21,026 nucleotides of DNA from Tubiluchus corallicola (lineage: Eukaryota; Animalia; Priapulida). A model generated the notes under the pieces. The model worked only from the letters and a program-made list of their open reading frames with translations. It ran no database searches and was not told where the DNA came from. The position numbers and the translations under genes are program-made. Below, piece by piece: positions 1-11,860 of the stretch (the stretch's first letter is position 1; each line of letters opens with the position of its first letter). The stretch spans positions 1 through 21,026 of the forward strand of contig JAQGDQ010001923.1 in the NCBI GenBank assembly GCA_030141605.1, written 5' to 3'.

Positions 1-1233
1 TATATATTATTACTAAGCTAAGATAATCCATGTTGAAGTTGAGGTGCTGGGTGCTGATATTTAACATTTTCCTGATGCTAGAACATAAAGGTTACAAAAA
101 ACAAAAAATTGACATTTGACCAAATTTTTGGTGCATTCTGAAGTTTTAACTATGCCAACTTACAGACTGTTTTGGTTTGCAAGCACACATATGTGGATTT
201 ATTTTGAACTTTTTTTTTAACTTTCTTACTCTCTTAGATGGTCATAGATTACCTGAGTGAGATGTATTGATTTCCTGTTCTTTTTACTTCTTAGAACCTG
301 TTATTGTAATTGCTTGCCCTTCTAACATTTGTAAGTCCAAAAAAACACTCTTGCCAAAGGTACTCTTCACTCTTTCTAAAATGCTGAACATCTTGTATAC
401 GCATATAATAGAGTGAGTGGTTATGTCATTTATTACGTGTGAGGCTTGCTATTAGTGTTGAATAGTTGTGCCAGGATCTGAACTTAGCTTGTTATTAAGG
501 ATAATTCACTAAGATAGTGAGTCTGCCATAAGTACCATAGACACTTGGTGAAGCAAATAGCAGTACGATAAATAAAACTTCTCAGAGCAAGTAATGAGTC
601 TTTTGACCGTTGGTCACCTTACTGTTTATTAAATACTAACCAGTCTCATGTAACACAATGATTTTTTACTGTTGTGTCTGGACTGACATAGTGTGGCATA
701 ATTTTTGTCATTTGTAATCCAGTGCTTTTACCTAAATGTTTTTACATATTATGTGATGTTCGCATGGGTGCACTTAAACATTACTGCAGCTGCTAAATAA
801 TGAATACCTTTCTAAATACTGATTTAGTAGACAATTAGACAAGTAGGCAACCGTTGTAGAAGAACCGGTTTCATTTTGTGCTACTGCCTCTTGATTTCTC
901 TCTTTAAAAGAGAATATAAGATTGTCCAAACAAAGTTACAACATCCCTGCCACTTCAATAGCTCATCTTCCCTGTAATGATCTAAGTTCTGGTCTTGCTA
1001 CAATCATTCAGATTTAGTAGTAGGGAGCTTAGTGGGCCTGTTATTGTGTCTTGTGTTACATCTTGAGAGTGCCATTCTCCAGATAAAAAGTAAATTGATA
1101 ATTACTATTAGCTAAATTACTTTATTTTGCATGCAAGCTGCCTCTTTGTGTCTCCCATAACTAAATCCCTTAAAGGCTTTATTTAAGCTTTTTTAACAAC
1201 TTGTTTTTTCTGCAACAATTTCTTGTTAAACAG

Positions 1234-1349
1234 GTTGCAAGAACTTCAGAACATCATGGTGGGTGGAGAAAGAGCAAACGACGTGGAACTGAAGGAGAAG
1301 AGAAAAAAGAAAAGAATAATGGGAGAAAAGCGAAGACAAAAACTACTAG
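1234..1349 (+). CDS. KIF17: KIF17 internal coding exon (LQELQNIMVGGERANDVELKEKRKKKRIMGEKRRQKLL)
   Basis: Acceptor ttgttaaacag; donor G|gtgttt; 116 nt; VGGE motif followed by a basic coiled coil. The frame differs from the 1201..1461 ORF in the track. Confidence 0.9.
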
Positions 1350-4300
1350 GTGTTTGCATATTGGCTTTTTCCTTTTTTATTACTTCATCATAAGACAAGT
1401 CTTTATCGGCTCTTGTCATTTTTTCGAAGTAACAGGTTATTTTAAAATAAAAAATGTTTAAAATCCAAGATGTGCTTAAAAAACAGTTGTCTAAAAAATT
1501 GTACGGAAGAGATACTTTTGCATTTTAAAAGTTTTGTAAGAAGATCCTGCATTCGTGATTGCACTTTTGACACTCAGCACACAAAATAGATGCCAAAGTT
1601 GGGTAACTTATCAACATTTTCTTTGTTGTATGAAGAAACGATTTCTGCAAAATGAAACCAAAGGAGCTTATCCTAGCAATCAATTAGCAAGATGAGAATT
1701 TAATGGAATGACTTTATGGTTTACAGAAGCGGTATCTAGAATGGATGATGATGGGATAATGTTGAATGTCTACGATACGATGCAAGACGAGCTGCAAGCA
1801 AAAACAGAAATCATCGACAAGGCAAAGAAGAAGGTTGGTTAATCAATAGATAAATCATTAAATCAGTGGAATAACTCATGTTGTGAGGGTGTACTTTTCA
1901 GAATGTTGTGAATGATTCCATTCAGGTGTAGATACTGTGTTAGCGGCAATGTTTGGTGTAAGATACACGGTACACGGACGAAATGAACAAAATTTTACGC
2001 ATTTGCAGTAAAACAGGAATGAAACAAATGAAATTTTGAAGACAATGCACGAAAACCAAGAGCGAGAAAAACTTTTAACAATACATACATACACACATTC
2101 ATACATAAATAGTCAATAATAAACAAAATCAGAATCATTTTCAGTGCCGACTGACAGTAAGATGCCAAGACATGGCTAATAGAAACGTGGCGCCATGAGG
2201 CAGCCAGACAGATTGCAAGGTGGATACATAAAGGTTGTAATATTTAAAAAAGACTAAAGACCAACAATTCTTTAATAAATGCTGACGCAATAATTGTACG
2301 AAAAAAAAATTGTCAAACTATTTACTGACGTCTAAGTTTTATGGTTTCTCTTGCAAGGAACTTGTCAGGTAAATTTCCCAAAGAGTAAAAGATTTTTTCA
2401 GCTAACATACCACTGAAATATTTTTACCAGAAAGATAATTACGACAAAGTTGAATTTGATAACTGCATTAATACATATAATAATAAACTGATAATTGCCT
2501 AGTAATTATGTCACAGATATTTGCAAAAGTAACAAAACATAAATATGTTTAAGAACAACAAGTATCTGAAAACAGTTTGTAACTCTACCTTTGCTGATAT
2601 GATTAACATGACCTAAATCACGGCACATATGAATTGCAAGGAAGATTTTAATTTTCTTTACCATGTTAGATAAAGTAGATGTTTTTGCAAAATAAATGTA
2701 CAGGCGAGTAGCTGCTGAAAAACTAGATGGAAATACATGTACACTGCAAAAGTAGATGTAGGTTAAAAGTAGATAAGAAAAAAGTTAATGTTCCAAACAC
2801 TGGGCTGACGCTAACCTACTGTAAAAACGGTCACAAAATAATAAATAAGTATAAAAAGAAATCCACCGAATTTTGACAAAGTACATTTTTTCAGATCCGT
2901 AATTTGGAGACTGATCTACGTGACGTTCAGAGTGAGTTTGAATTTGACAGAGCTGACTACTTGGATACAATCCGTCGTCAAGATCAACAGTTGAAATTAC
3001 TGCAACAAATTCTTGACAAGGTAAGCAAGGTGCTGTCTGTAAGAGCTAGCATTTGTCTAAAACTATTTAAGCATAGCACACACATTATGATCTGTGACCA
3101 TCGTCACCATCATTTTCATCATCGTCGTCATCACCGTCGTCATCATCACCATCATTTCCATCATCATCGTCACCATCATTTTCATCGTCATCATTGTCGT
3201 CGTCATCGTCACCACCATCATCATCATCTTTTCCTTCTTCATCATCATCACCTCAGTATGACCATCTGTCATTTGTCTTATCGCTGTCATCTGTCGTCAT
3301 AACCACATTCTTTGTTATCATCATCATGCTCTTCCATCATCAGCATTTCAGATGCCTTTGCTCGTTAAAAATAACTGTACACATCTTGTAAGTTTTTGCT
3401 GCTTAGTAGTATTGATTGCTCTTTGAAGGTGCAACCGTGCTTGCGGAGGGATTGTAACTATAGCAACCTAGATAAAATAAAGAATGAAAGCACTTGGGAT
3501 GCTGACACCCAGAAATGGAAGTTGCCGGAGTTGATCATTTCGAAGACAAATCTCCCTCCTGCTGGTAACTAACCTACTTATTCTTGATTATGTGTTGTGA
3601 ACTTTTTTGGTAAACACGAAAACAACAGAAAAGCCATCTGCAATTAGCTATAATACAATTATGTGTTTATATTATGTGTGTGTGTGTGCACTTGTGCTAT
3701 ATGCAGCATTTTATTTAAAGGAAGACAGGATGATTTTTCATATACTAACGCAATTTGAAGTACGATAAAAAGTATACATTTTTTCACCAATAATACTGCA
3801 AAAGTGTTTCTGATAGTTAAATAATGGAATAAAATCTTAATTAGTGGCAGGAGAGCCCAACTATTGATGACATCAGAAACTAACATAATTTTCAACGTCA
3901 AAAGCACTCCACGAGCGTGTTTGTGAAAGCGAAAATTAAACTACAGTACTACTGTACGATATTCAGTGTGCTGTACTAAAACTCGACATGTTTTCAGATA
4001 AAAATTCAAATTTCATATTTGCCACTGTACTCACGCATGAGCTGTCGAACATGTGCAGTTTGTCACAAACTAACACATTTGAACTGAGAGGTACCACACC
4101 TGTTTTTGGTGCAACACTTTCCAAAATGCAGGTGCTCGTGCATGTCTAACTAGCGTATGATGAAATGTATGATATAGCAAAGAACTAGTGACGCGAACGT
4201 GAAACGCGAGCGTTTGTGTGGTAATAGTTCTTTCACATAAGGCATTCTTTAAAAAATAGTATGTTTCTTTTCTATATTCTAAAGAATAGGTTGTTTTGAC

Positions 4301-7300
4301 ATACAGTTTAACATTGGGTCCGGTTTTGCTTTAAATATTTATTAAAAGACATCATAGATTTTTGGCAGATAATTCAGTCTGCTGTGTATGAAGATGCTGT
4401 ACTATTACAACATTTGTTCATTTTCACATCAAATAGATACATTTCTCAGAACATGCCACTGTTACAAGAAAGCAAGAAACAGGAAAAAATGACCAATATT
4501 TTTAAGATCAGTTCTTTTTCTCTTGCCACTCAGCATTAGCCATGTTTTCATAAACATAACGCAAGAGTTATTTATTCTTTTATTCTAGTTACAGCATTTC
4601 TGTTACTGATTGAGACATTTCGTGTAGTTATACTAACAATCAGTTCATTAAAGGCAACTCTGTGTTTTACTTTCGACTAAGTCTTAATGTTATTTTCATT
4701 AAGTTATTAACATTTCATGGTTATTTTAGGCATAATGCCCGGAGGAAAGGTTTCTTCAGCAAACACAAGTCAGGCGTACTTAAATGGTTACCATAGCGAC
4801 CCCGGCGACGATAATTACTTTCAGGTTAGCTTAACGGCAATGAATTTTACGAGACCTGTTCAAGGTTAACTGTGTTTTGTTTAATTCTTGATCAACATGC
4901 AAATATGTTTCTAGATTTAACTTTATTAATGTGACTCCTTAGTTGATTGAGTTTAAACAATTTATTTGGTTCATATTAGACAGTTTTTAAAATTGATACA
5001 AGAATCCTCGCCATGCAAGTGTATGTACAAGCAAAAATGCAAAAAATATATAGTAATATAAATACAAATAAATTCAAATACATATACATACATACAAATA
5101 CTTATAAATAAAGATATGTACATAGAAAGTTAGCAGATGTGACACAATGAATAATATAACAAATAAATAATAACAATAACTGTCTTAAATTTTACCATAA
5201 ATATATAAAAGGGAACCTAAGGTCTGATCACATTAAAAAGTTTAGTACTATTAATATAATTTTGGATACAATCAAAAATTTTACAGTTAACAGCAAAACT
5301 AAAGTCATCACTTCTACAGAGATACAATGACAACAGTTCACTATTAGTGTATTGTAAAATATTGATATTTAAAGATGAATAATATATTATTTAATTGACT
5401 GAACCTGGTTGAATTAATAGTGCCAATTTAGCTGAATCAACAAATTTGACATGGCATGGGAATTATCTGTTTGTCTCATTAGTGCCTTTCATTTATTGCA
5501 GAAACTAGAGCAAGGTGGCCATGAAGCTTACGCTAACGATTACTTTAAGCCAAAAAGAGATTTGAATCTCAAATATGGAAAGGACTCTCTTTCTGGAAGA
5601 ACAATACGTAAGTGTGACTTGGTCGAAAGCATGAAGACTCCTAAGTTACGGAGAAAAATTGCTTTTGCCAATTTTGCCTTGCATTTTCAACTCATTTTAG
5701 CTATTTACATTGTTGCAGAATGATGCATTTACATGTAAATGTCACTAAGACAGCCACCTTAATAATGAAATAGGAAGTGGTTCCCATCATAAATTGAATA
5801 AACCCACTCTTCAATGTTGGGCGTCGGCTCGCAGACTGCCAAACTGTATTATAAATTGAAAACTTGTAGCGCCATTATATGTGCAAAAGATTTTGTCACT
5901 AACATGGCACTAATTAAGGCTAACTAAGACTACAGAAACCATACTGCCAGAAATTTCATCCAACTTACCTGCAAGGTTTTATGTTAAACAAGGTTCTATA
6001 CCTTGTTCTACTTTTAGCAAGATACAGTCAACCCTCTTTAAACCGGACTAATTGGGGGGGGGGGGGGGGGTCCAGTTTAGCCGATTGTCCGATTTATCCG
6101 ATATGCCTATATATGGTCTATATTATACAGGAATAATCACCTTAATAAGGCCTATATACATTGCATTATATACATTGCACTATATACTGTGCACTATATA
6201 CTATACTGTATATTACTTTAAAATAGTTAACCTGTGAGGATAAAGAAATTATTGTACAGTTGGTAGGCCATGTTGTGTTTAGCGCTCGGGCTCGGACGGT
6301 AATCGGTCAGTTTCCTTTACCACGGATGACGTCCGTCTTATCCGATATCCGGGCTAACGGGGTCCGGTTTAATGAGGGTCGACTGTATAAGTATTTTTTG
6401 ACAGTGTGCAAAATCTCTTGCAGTTTGTTTTACATTCTTGAAGCGTAACGGCACAAATATCAAACAGTTCAGTGGCTTCCAAATTTCTCTGCATGTCTTT
6501 CAGCTGCTTGAATAGGGCACCTACACTCAAACATTGAAAATATTACCTCTATTCTTTCACAATTAGCACTTTCAACCTACGTTCAAAATACGTAAAGTTA
6601 TTGAACACATGCCAACCATTGTCAGCCATTGGAAAACGTGCACAGAGATGTTTGCTGTATTGAAACAGTCGTGACTGCATGAATAAACAGATTGTACTCA
6701 TTTTTCGCTGGTTGGTTTACTGTCATTTTTGGAATTTTGTTTCCGTGGAGAGTAGCATTGGTAGCTAGAAGTATTTTCTTCAAAGTTGTGCATTGTTTCA
6801 TTAGTGAGGAAATGGAGGGGAGCTTAACATTACAACTGTTATTGAAACCTTAAAAGATATATGTAAAATTTAAAGTGAGGGTTTTGTTTCGTGAAATTGT
6901 AAAAAAAGTGTAGAGAAGAAAAAGGAAGTTTGTTCAATGTGTATTTAATTATCTAAAATTTCTCTGGCAAGTCACATAAACATAAACAAAATTGTTGTCG
7001 TAAATGTGTAGCAGTAGATTGGTCTGAGTTATTTATGCGTATGTGGTCAAAGTAACACTGTACCTGATCAGTAAATGGATGGGATAACAGCCAGATTTAA
7101 TAATCATTCTAGGCTATTTCTACCGTCACACAACTTATGGGCATTTACCTCATTACGATCAACATATGAACATGGTTAAAGCACCACTACACATCCAGTG
7201 GCTCGTCGTAAAAGATTGTTTTTGACTAAACATACAGTTATAACTTTCACAGTTCCCATCATAAATGAAATAAACCCACTTTTCAATGTTGGGTGTCGGC

Positions 7301-7822
7301 TCGCAGACTGCCAAACTGTATTATAAATTGAAAACTTGTAACGCCATAATATGTGCAAAAGATTTTGTCACTAACATGGCACTAATTAAGGCTAACTAAG
7401 ACTACAGAAACCATACTGCCAGAAATTTTGATAATGTGATTCATTCCAATCTCATCACAACCGTCTACATTGAGTAGCATCCTTTTTTCAGTGCCGAATG
7501 CCAGCCTGTAGAGTGCCGACCTGCATACAAAAATAAGTGCCTTACTGCACATGATCAAACTACATATGCTTAGTAGTGACTACACACATTTTTCTAATTT
7601 TGTTTTTCAGCATCAAGAGAAACCAACTTTCCATTGGGAATGGCTCAACTTTCTAACGGTTTGCCCAATGGTTCGTTCATGTCCAACTCTGCGCCGCAAG
7701 CGAGCATGTTGGACGTCCCACGTAAACCCGTCCGTTTAGAAGCACTGCCTCAGCAGCGATCAGCCGAGCGGAAGAAGAAGAAGCGATCGAACACCGATAT
7801 CACTACGTTTGATACGTATTGA
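1234..7822 (+). CDS. KIF17: Kinesin-like protein KIF17 (OSM-3-type kinesin-2), 5'-partial; join(1234..1349,1727..1833,2895..3020,3429..3564,4730..4824,5502..5607,7611..7822)
   Basis: Seven AG/GT-bounded exons splice in frame (898 nt, ~298 aa plus TGA). The product LQELQNIMVGGERANDVELKEK...MLNVYDTMQDELQAK...DVQSEFEFDRADYLDTIRRQ...VQPCLRRDCNYSNLDKI...W...WKLP...ANDYFKPKR...RKPVRLEAL...RKKKKR matches the KIF17 stalk/tail motifs I recall (VGGE, LNVYD, DLQSEF..EK.DYL.TIRRQ, RRDCNYSNLEKI, NYF..KR). The motor domain lies upstream of the window. Confidence 0.95.
1727..1833 (+). CDS. KIF17: KIF17 internal coding exon (EAVSRMDDDGIMLNVYDTMQDELQAKTEIIDKAKKK)
   Basis: Acceptor tttacag; donor AAG|gttggt; 107 nt; LNVYD motif; phase matches both neighbours. 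Confidence 0.92.
2895..3020 (+). CDS. KIF17: KIF17 internal coding exon (IRNLETDLRDVQSEFEFDRADYLDTIRRQDQQLKLLQQILDK)
   Basis: Acceptor tttttcag; donor AAG|gtaagc; 126 nt, phase 0-0. Confidence 0.95.
3098..3345. repeat. Degenerate (CAT/CGT/CAC)n trinucleotide repeat in a KIF17 intron
   Basis: Runs of catcatcgtcaccatcat visible directly; lies between the 3021 donor and the 3428 acceptor. Confidence 0.9.
3429..3564 (+). CDS. KIF17: KIF17 internal coding exon (VQPCLRRDCNYSNLDKIKNESTWDADTQKWKLPELIISKTNLPPA)
   Basis: Acceptor ctttgaag; donor G|gtaact; 136 nt; diagnostic RRDCNYSNL and W..D...WKLP motifs. Confidence 0.95.
4730..4824 (+). CDS. KIF17: KIF17 internal coding exon (GIMPGGKVSSANTSQAYLNGYHSDPGDDNYFQ)
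   Basis: Acceptor ttattttag; donor CAG|gttagc; 95 nt. It supplies the phase 1 to 0 change needed between the flanking exons and is GC-richer than the surrounding intron. Confidence 0.82.
5502..5607 (+). CDS. KIF17: KIF17 internal coding exon (KLEQGGHEAYANDYFKPKRDLNLKYGKDSLSGRTI)
   Basis: Acceptor atttattgcag; donor C|gtaagt; 106 nt; A.DYFKPKR tail motif. Confidence 0.9.
5780..5956 (+). repeat. 177-bp direct repeat, copy 1
   Basis: gttcccatcataaa...catactgccagaaattt; about 6 mismatches to 7252-7428 by eye. Confidence 0.93.
6025..6385. mobile_element. Tc1/mariner-superfamily (pogo/Tigger-like) MITE
   Basis: 24-bp TIRs cagtcaaccctctttaaaccggac (6025-6048) and gtccggtttaatgagggtcgactg (6362-6385), 2 mismatches. 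TA on both sides (6023-6024, 6386-6387). Internal gtccgNtt(t)a motifs and a G17 run. Confidence 0.88.
7252..7428 (+). repeat. 177-bp direct repeat, copy 2
   Basis: Near-identical to 5780-5956, in the same intron and orientation. Confidence 0.93.
7611..7822 (+). CDS. KIF17: KIF17 terminal coding exon (PSRETNFPLG...PRKPVRLEALPQQRSAERKKKKRSNTDITTFDTY*)
   Basis: Acceptor tgtttttcag; phase 1 matches the previous exon; RLE.L motif and basic cluster; stop TGA at 7820-7822. Confidence 0.9.
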
Positions 7823-7853
7823 AATGAATCGCTAGATATGTAAATTTAGTATA

Positions 7854-7859
7854 AATAAA
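7854..7859 (+). terminator. Candidate proximal polyadenylation signal of KIF17
   Basis: AATAAA about 30 nt after the stop, followed by T/GT-rich sequence. Further AATAAA at 9098, 9106, 9286, 9349 and 9413 are alternatives. The hexamer is common in AT-rich DNA. Confidence 0.35.
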
Positions 7860-8768
7860 TATATGTTATTTATTTTAAAGCATCTATTTTGTGTATTTTA
7901 ACGAATGATAGCCTATTTTGGTGTGAGAAATGTTAAAATCTGAACACATTTCCAGATTTTTTTTTGTGAAGTGCATTTGTATAGCTTAACACAGTTGATT
8001 GTAATCATTTCGAAGATGTTAAATTGATGTGATATTTTTTGGCTATACTTGCTTAATTAACGAACCAGCTGAGATGATTCACGTTTCACCTATTTGAGAA
8101 GCTGCCTGCAAAGAGGTATTCTGATTGGACAGGTAAATTGGACTGGTAAATGTGTGTTTGCCAGGTGAATTTCAGGAAATTATTTGCTAGGCACTGTAAT
8201 TCGTATACATTCCCGATTTGTGACAATTGACAATTTTCTGTCACGTGAGCTTAGTTTTTAAAATGAATTTTATTGGCAACTTCGAATGCAGGAGAGTCAA
8301 CTGGATGATTTAAGTGCCAATTTTAACAAGAATGGATCAAGATGTTGCCAGCAAAGTTGTTAATAGTTTTCTGAACATTGACTATTTCGTTCTACAGGAT
8401 TTATAAGCGAGCTGATTTGCACCAAAAAGCTTTTTGCATTCTCTTAACTAGCATGTATAAGATGTTTGTTCTACTTAATTACGATTTACATGCTTCATTT
8501 CAACCAGCATAAAATACTATTGTTCTGCTTGTGCATTACGGCTCTTTTGTTGTATTAACAGTTTACTCAAAATTTATCTCTACTAAGTTAATTTAAATTT
8601 ATTTAAATAGAACGGTATACATATTTCTATATTCAAATGGAGGACCTATTAACTGTTGTGCAATGATAGGCCTGATACTATTAAAATGTAAGTTTATTTG
8701 TTTTGGATCTTTTTCTGTGTAAACAATTACAAACGGACATTTTGGCAGCTATTCTTAACATCCGTTTC

Positions 8769-9379
8769 TGTCAATAGATGGCAGCACCATTATGCTGGTT
8801 CTCTTCAATGTGTTTTTTTCATGAAAACAGTAGAAAAATTGTGCCAGTTTAAATTCATAGTAGAGAATTTGGTGATGCTCTCCTTTTTAATAGGAATTTC
8901 TGCATTAATCGTGTAATTAAGCAATTATTCAAGGAAATGTCTGTGATATTTTGTGACCATATCACATTGTTCTTTAACGTTTTGCTACTGTTGTTTTGTA
9001 GTTACCAGTTTATTACTTGTTTTCCCAATAGATGGCAGCAGGATTGCAAACAAAATCAGATTTAAATCAGAATGACTGTTATTATTGCATTGCTACTAAT
9101 AAAATAATAAAACCATGAATGAGCAAGTATAAAACTGAGTTAAAGTGAATTTAATAATGTCTCTTCACTCCTCTCCTCTGCTTTCCCCTTCTCCTTTTTT
9201 CTCTTCTAGTCCTAATGTGATTCTAGATGTTTTTAATTATGAGTAAATTTAAATACTTATGGTTTGGTTGCTCTTTGTTTTACGCAATAAAACTGATTAC
9301 AGTTTGGAAAGAATGAAACACGTCTTTATCGATCACAACTGACTCTATAATAAATCTCATTGCCAACAGATGACAGCAC
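8769..9379 (+). promoter_or_regulatory. Three co-oriented CTCF-like motifs
   Basis: tgtcaatagatggcagcacc (8769-8788), cccaatagatggcagcag (9024-9041) and tgccaacagatgacagcac (9361-9379) resemble the CTCF core CCASYAGRKGGCRSY. Confidence 0.45.
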
Positions 9380-10228
9380 AATACAGACTTAAGGTCTAAG
9401 TGGGTCAATGCAAATAAATGTTGTTTCGGGGTTCGACCCGGTAGACAGCCTCACGGCCTGCCATCGCTGATGCAAGTGCGGGTAAGCGCTGCACAATGAC
9501 ATCCAGGAAAATCATCCAGGAAAATTGAAGAAAGAAGCAACGAAACCCCTAAAACTTGGAAATTAAAGGGGACGACGAGAAGAACAACAACAACAAAAAA
9601 ACCTGATGACAATGCTTCAAATCTGACAGGACCAATGACACTCGGTAGGCAGACAGGAGAAGTGCATTCCACTACAAAAACCAGACAACTGATAATGTCA
9701 CGTGTTCGTTTTTTCTACAGGAAACCACTGATCAACCAATCGCAGGTAATGTTATGGGCTTCCTAGCTTGCTATAAAGTGGAGATCATAACACTACCCGT
9801 AGTGTAGTTGGCCAGGTGCCTACAAATACACGTAATACACATTCACCTGTTCAGCTTAATATTAGGACTCTATCGTTTTCTTTCCTCTCGTCTCCACCCT
9901 CCTCTCCTATCCTCTTCTCTTATTCTCGCGTCACCTCTTTTGTCATCTTTTGTTATCTCCATTAGGTCCTCTCCAACATCTGGACAATGTCCACACAATT
10001 AGACTCATACCGTGTGTAAATTGCACGTTTCGATAGAACCCGTGCAGTACCTTTAAGTGTAACTTGTATCTGAACCTTTTTAAGAAGGTGATTTTTGTTA
10101 ACAGATAAATTTTGATCGGATGCTTGATTTCGTTATCAAGCGGAACAGTAGAGGAGACACCTTATGCTATATACAGTCTCAAGCTTCAGACATTTCTTTT
10201 AGTGTAAAGCAGCATAGTTATCTCTCAT

Positions 10229-10351
10229 CAGGGTGTGGATAGGCCTACTTTTGAATGCCAGGTGCTACATTTTGGATCCTGTTCCCGGTCCAGTTAGTAG
10301 CCAGACAGGGAGGTGGACAAAGTCAGTGACTACTCAGGCTATCCACTCCTG
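10229..10351. mobile_element. Short degenerate inverted-repeat element, possibly a hAT-like MITE
   Basis: Left end cagggtgtggataggcct versus reverse complement of right end caggagtggatagcct; CAGG...CCTG termini. No recognisable target-site duplication. Confidence 0.4.
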
Positions 10352-10499
10352 GTAGTAATGAGTTGCAGTTTACTTAACAATAATATAATAATATAATTTC
10401 GTGTTTTAAATGTTTAAACTAACGTCTACGCAGCTTTGATCACTATCTAGATAATTTTTCTTGCAAATTTACAGTCACACACTTCGCACGCTTTGCTTG

Positions 10500-10675
10500 A
10501 GACAACTTTGTACTTGCTAATACAGGCAGCTTAATACAAGTCAACGTGGCTACAGACAACCTTATACAAGTCAACGCGACTTCTGACAACTTCAGACAAG
10601 TCAACAGGGTTTCGCATAGCTTCAGATGTCTTTAAACAATTTTGCACAAGTCAACGGGGCTTCAGACAGCTTCCC
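10500..10675 (+). repeat. Degenerate 30-bp minisatellite related to the 14.4-15.4 kb array
   Basis: acaagtcaac recurs at 10536, 10566, 10596 and 10646; shares a gacagcttcatacaagt-like core with the larger array. Confidence 0.75.
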
Positions 10676-10919
10676 AACGGCGAACATGGGGGGCTTCTGA
10701 ACTCTTCAGTCAATTTTAAAGTACATGAAAAGCTCTGAAAAGATTGATCCCGTGCAAACCGTGGTTTTGTACACAAAATACAAATAAATGTACTACATCG
10801 ATTAATGATCGTAAATATATTATTTAAAAAGTGTGTTGACGCCGGACTGAAGTAGAACGCTATCAATTTACAAAGCCAAAAATGTGTAGATCGGAATAAG
10901 TCAATTACTCGAAACAAAG

Positions 10920-11166
<247 letters not shown>

Positions 11167-11789
11167 TAGGCCTAGTCTCGTTGGTTGATTCTGACTTCGC
11201 TGCTTTGCATTTGCAGTTTCATTATATGTTAGAACGAACTGAAAAACAGCTTATAGAGAGGAATGGTAAAATGAATTTAACTGATTTCTGAAAAGCATGT
11301 TTAAGCCTATAATTAGCCTAAATCACCTAAGAGTATTAATCTATGCTTAAAAGTGAAATTAAATGGTAGCTAGATACAGATTCACGCCCCCACGTGAAGT
11401 AATAAAGGGCGAATTCACGATATTAAATGTTTAGAATTCTGCTAATCAGACTATTTATAGGTCAATGTACTTCAGTTTGTGTTAAGTGTCATCAGAAATA
11501 TACTATTGAGAAGGAATGTGTTGATTATAAATGCAAAATAAACGTGCTTTTTGAGCCAATTTTCACAACAAACAATAAGACTGAGTAGGGTGGTTTCACG
11601 ACCTGTTTAACCACTAACAGCTGCGCCAGTTCAGTACCTGATCTAAAATGTATCTATCTAAAATAAGTAAGTGAACAATCTGACAAGAGCAAACCCATTT
11701 GGAACATATCATAACTAGCAAAGTAAGCAAGTGGCGCTGTTGCATTGTGATGTACAAGGAAGAACTCTTGGGGCCTCCTCTGCCGTGCT

Positions 11790-11860
11790 GAACTTGCAGT
11801 TCAGGTGGTAGAGCACGGTAGAATTATTTCCAGGTCTCGGCTTCAAATCCCGATTAGTCA
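11790..11860 (+). mobile_element. tRNA-derived SINE head or tRNA pseudogene
   Basis: A-box/D-arm cagttcaggtggtagagc (GTTC/GAGC stem) and B-box/T-arm tcggcttcaaatcccga at tRNA-like spacing. The acceptor and anticodon stems do not pair, so it is not a functional tRNA. Confidence 0.6.

Noticed and set aside
430-660. Weak inverted repeat (ttacgtgtgaggct...agtctcatgtaa)
   Set aside because: Too degenerate to distinguish from chance in AT-rich DNA; no termini or target-site duplication.
2904-3391. His-rich, Met-rich and Ser-rich ORFs (2904+, 3063-, 3194+)
   Set aside because: They are translations of the intronic CAT repeat. The real exon ends at the strong donor at 3021 and KIF17 resumes at 3429.
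7072-7210. Extra cassette exon in the last KIF17 intron
   Set aside because: The 7071 acceptor gives an early stop, and the 7112 acceptor has no donor in a phase-compatible position.
9391-9445. Second tRNA-like head (ggtctaagtgg ... ggttcgacccg)
   Set aside because: Only a B-box-like hairpin with a 6-nt loop and no cloverleaf; too weak to call.
11790-11860. Functional tRNA gene
   Set aside because: The acceptor and anticodon stems do not pair and the T-stem has a mismatch; kept only as a SINE/pseudogene call.
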